Source: Mobula hypostoma
Lineage: Eukaryota
Reading direction: 5' to 3'
Length of the DNA stretch: 64,000 nt
NCBI RefSeq assembly: GCF_963921235.1
Contig: NC_086106.1
Coordinates: 19,530,001-19,594,000, forward strand
The notes beneath the pieces are model-generated. The model was not told the DNA's origin, made no database searches, and worked only from the letters and a program-made list of their open reading frames with translations. The position numbers and the translations under genes were made by a program. Below, piece by piece: positions 63,127 through 64,000 of this stretch; positions within the stretch are counted from its first letter, which is position 1, and the number at the start of each line of letters is the position of its first letter.

Positions 63127-63967
63127 TGTTACGTACCCCGTAACTGGGTTGCCAAACCAGCAGAAATGGATCACTCAGTTGGAGTCTGGAGTACTAGAAC
63201 TAAGAAAGTTTTATTAAAGAAATAAGCAACACAGTAATCGAAAGGATAATAAATGCAACAGTTCAGCAATGATAACCACTCATGTGCACAGAATTAAGAT
63301 AACAGCATCAATCATGCTCTATCATTGTCTAGGGGTAAATGACCAAATTTCCAAGTGACTCAAAGTTCAGTTCGCAGTAATCGTTGCCATGGCGATGGAC
63401 AAGGTGGGGGAAGAGACAGATAGAACAGGAACAACTGATCATTCAGAACGGCTTCACTCACAGACCAGCGAGATGGCTCACAAACAGTTTTTGGGCGGGT
63501 CCTTGGTGATGTCACCTGAGGTCACCGACTGTGACCCCTCCTCCAGATGCGGTTGATCCTCTGCAGTGAACCCGGCACCCAGGCAAGGGCGGACACACAC
63601 CGGGTTCCCGCTGATCGTACCTTTCCACCCTGTGCGTTGTCCGGTACTTCTCACCACTCGTGAGAGGCGTACCGCTTCCAGGGTCTCGTTACCTCGGGTG
63701 GCGTGTGTCCTGCCTTAGCGAACTGGTCCCTTTTTATCCCCCTGCTGGGGCATCGCCTGTCCATCACTTCAAACAGTTCAGGGTTGAAAGGGGGGAGCCA
63801 CTCCAGACAGCTCTCTCTCCCACGTCCCTTCATTACACATCTCCAGACGCTGCTCCATTGTTCCTTATCTCTCCTTCCCCTGAGGGCAGGTGGCAGACCA
63901 ACTGCTGATGCCACTGATGCTAGCCCAGGCCAACAAACATCTTAATTTTATGTGTATTCTCGTAACA
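63127..63967 (-). mobile_element. Solo LTR of a related Gypsy subfamily, inverted
   Basis: Reverse-complement similarity to 57711-58568 over its whole length; TG...CA ends; 4-bp TSD ACAG (63123-26 and 63968-71). Confidence 0.93.
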
Positions 63968-64000
63968 ACAGATGCTGTAGATGTTTGCTTGAAGAAGGAG

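Larger units (their letters stand above)
55660..64000 (+). mobile_element. Degenerate RTE-clade LINE interrupted by two LTR insertions
   Basis: TVIQCYAP, IIMGDLNGK, IQIDHLMI, SNHHLAV (APE). DLDINADPLKQEEI stops at 57710 and resumes IVSVIKSLRNSKAPE..LKAELFK at 62622; RIT|DAVD..LKKE spans the solo LTR. Confidence 0.75.

Overview
Vertebrate genomic DNA from a cartilaginous fish, probably a batoid (inferred from the repeat families and gene organisation). The minus strand carries one complete, germline-unrearranged immunoglobulin heavy-chain minilocus of the IgW class. Its order is leader (54308-54353), VH (53901-54198), D1, D2 and JH with a canonical 23/12-23/12-12/23 RSS set, then CH1, CH2, a candidate short secretory exon, CH3, CH4, CH5 and CH6 with the canonical secretory tailpiece. 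Unexpectedly, a second intact and diverged CH3'/CH4' exon pair (28834-29543) sits after the tailpiece exon and just before the transmembrane exon (27411-27553). A candidate TM2 exon with a polyA signal lies 27 kb further on at 14-156. Nearly everything else is retroelement sequence: many CR1 LINE fragments including one near-full-length young copy, a near-full-length Rex1/Babar LINE, Nimb/I-like, RTE, Penelope and sushi-like fragments, and an internally deleted Gmr1-type Gypsy element with intact LTRs/PBS/PPT/TSD plus a solo LTR, both nested in one RTE LINE. All exon boundaries, alignments and identities were read by hand; no database search or transcript evidence was available.
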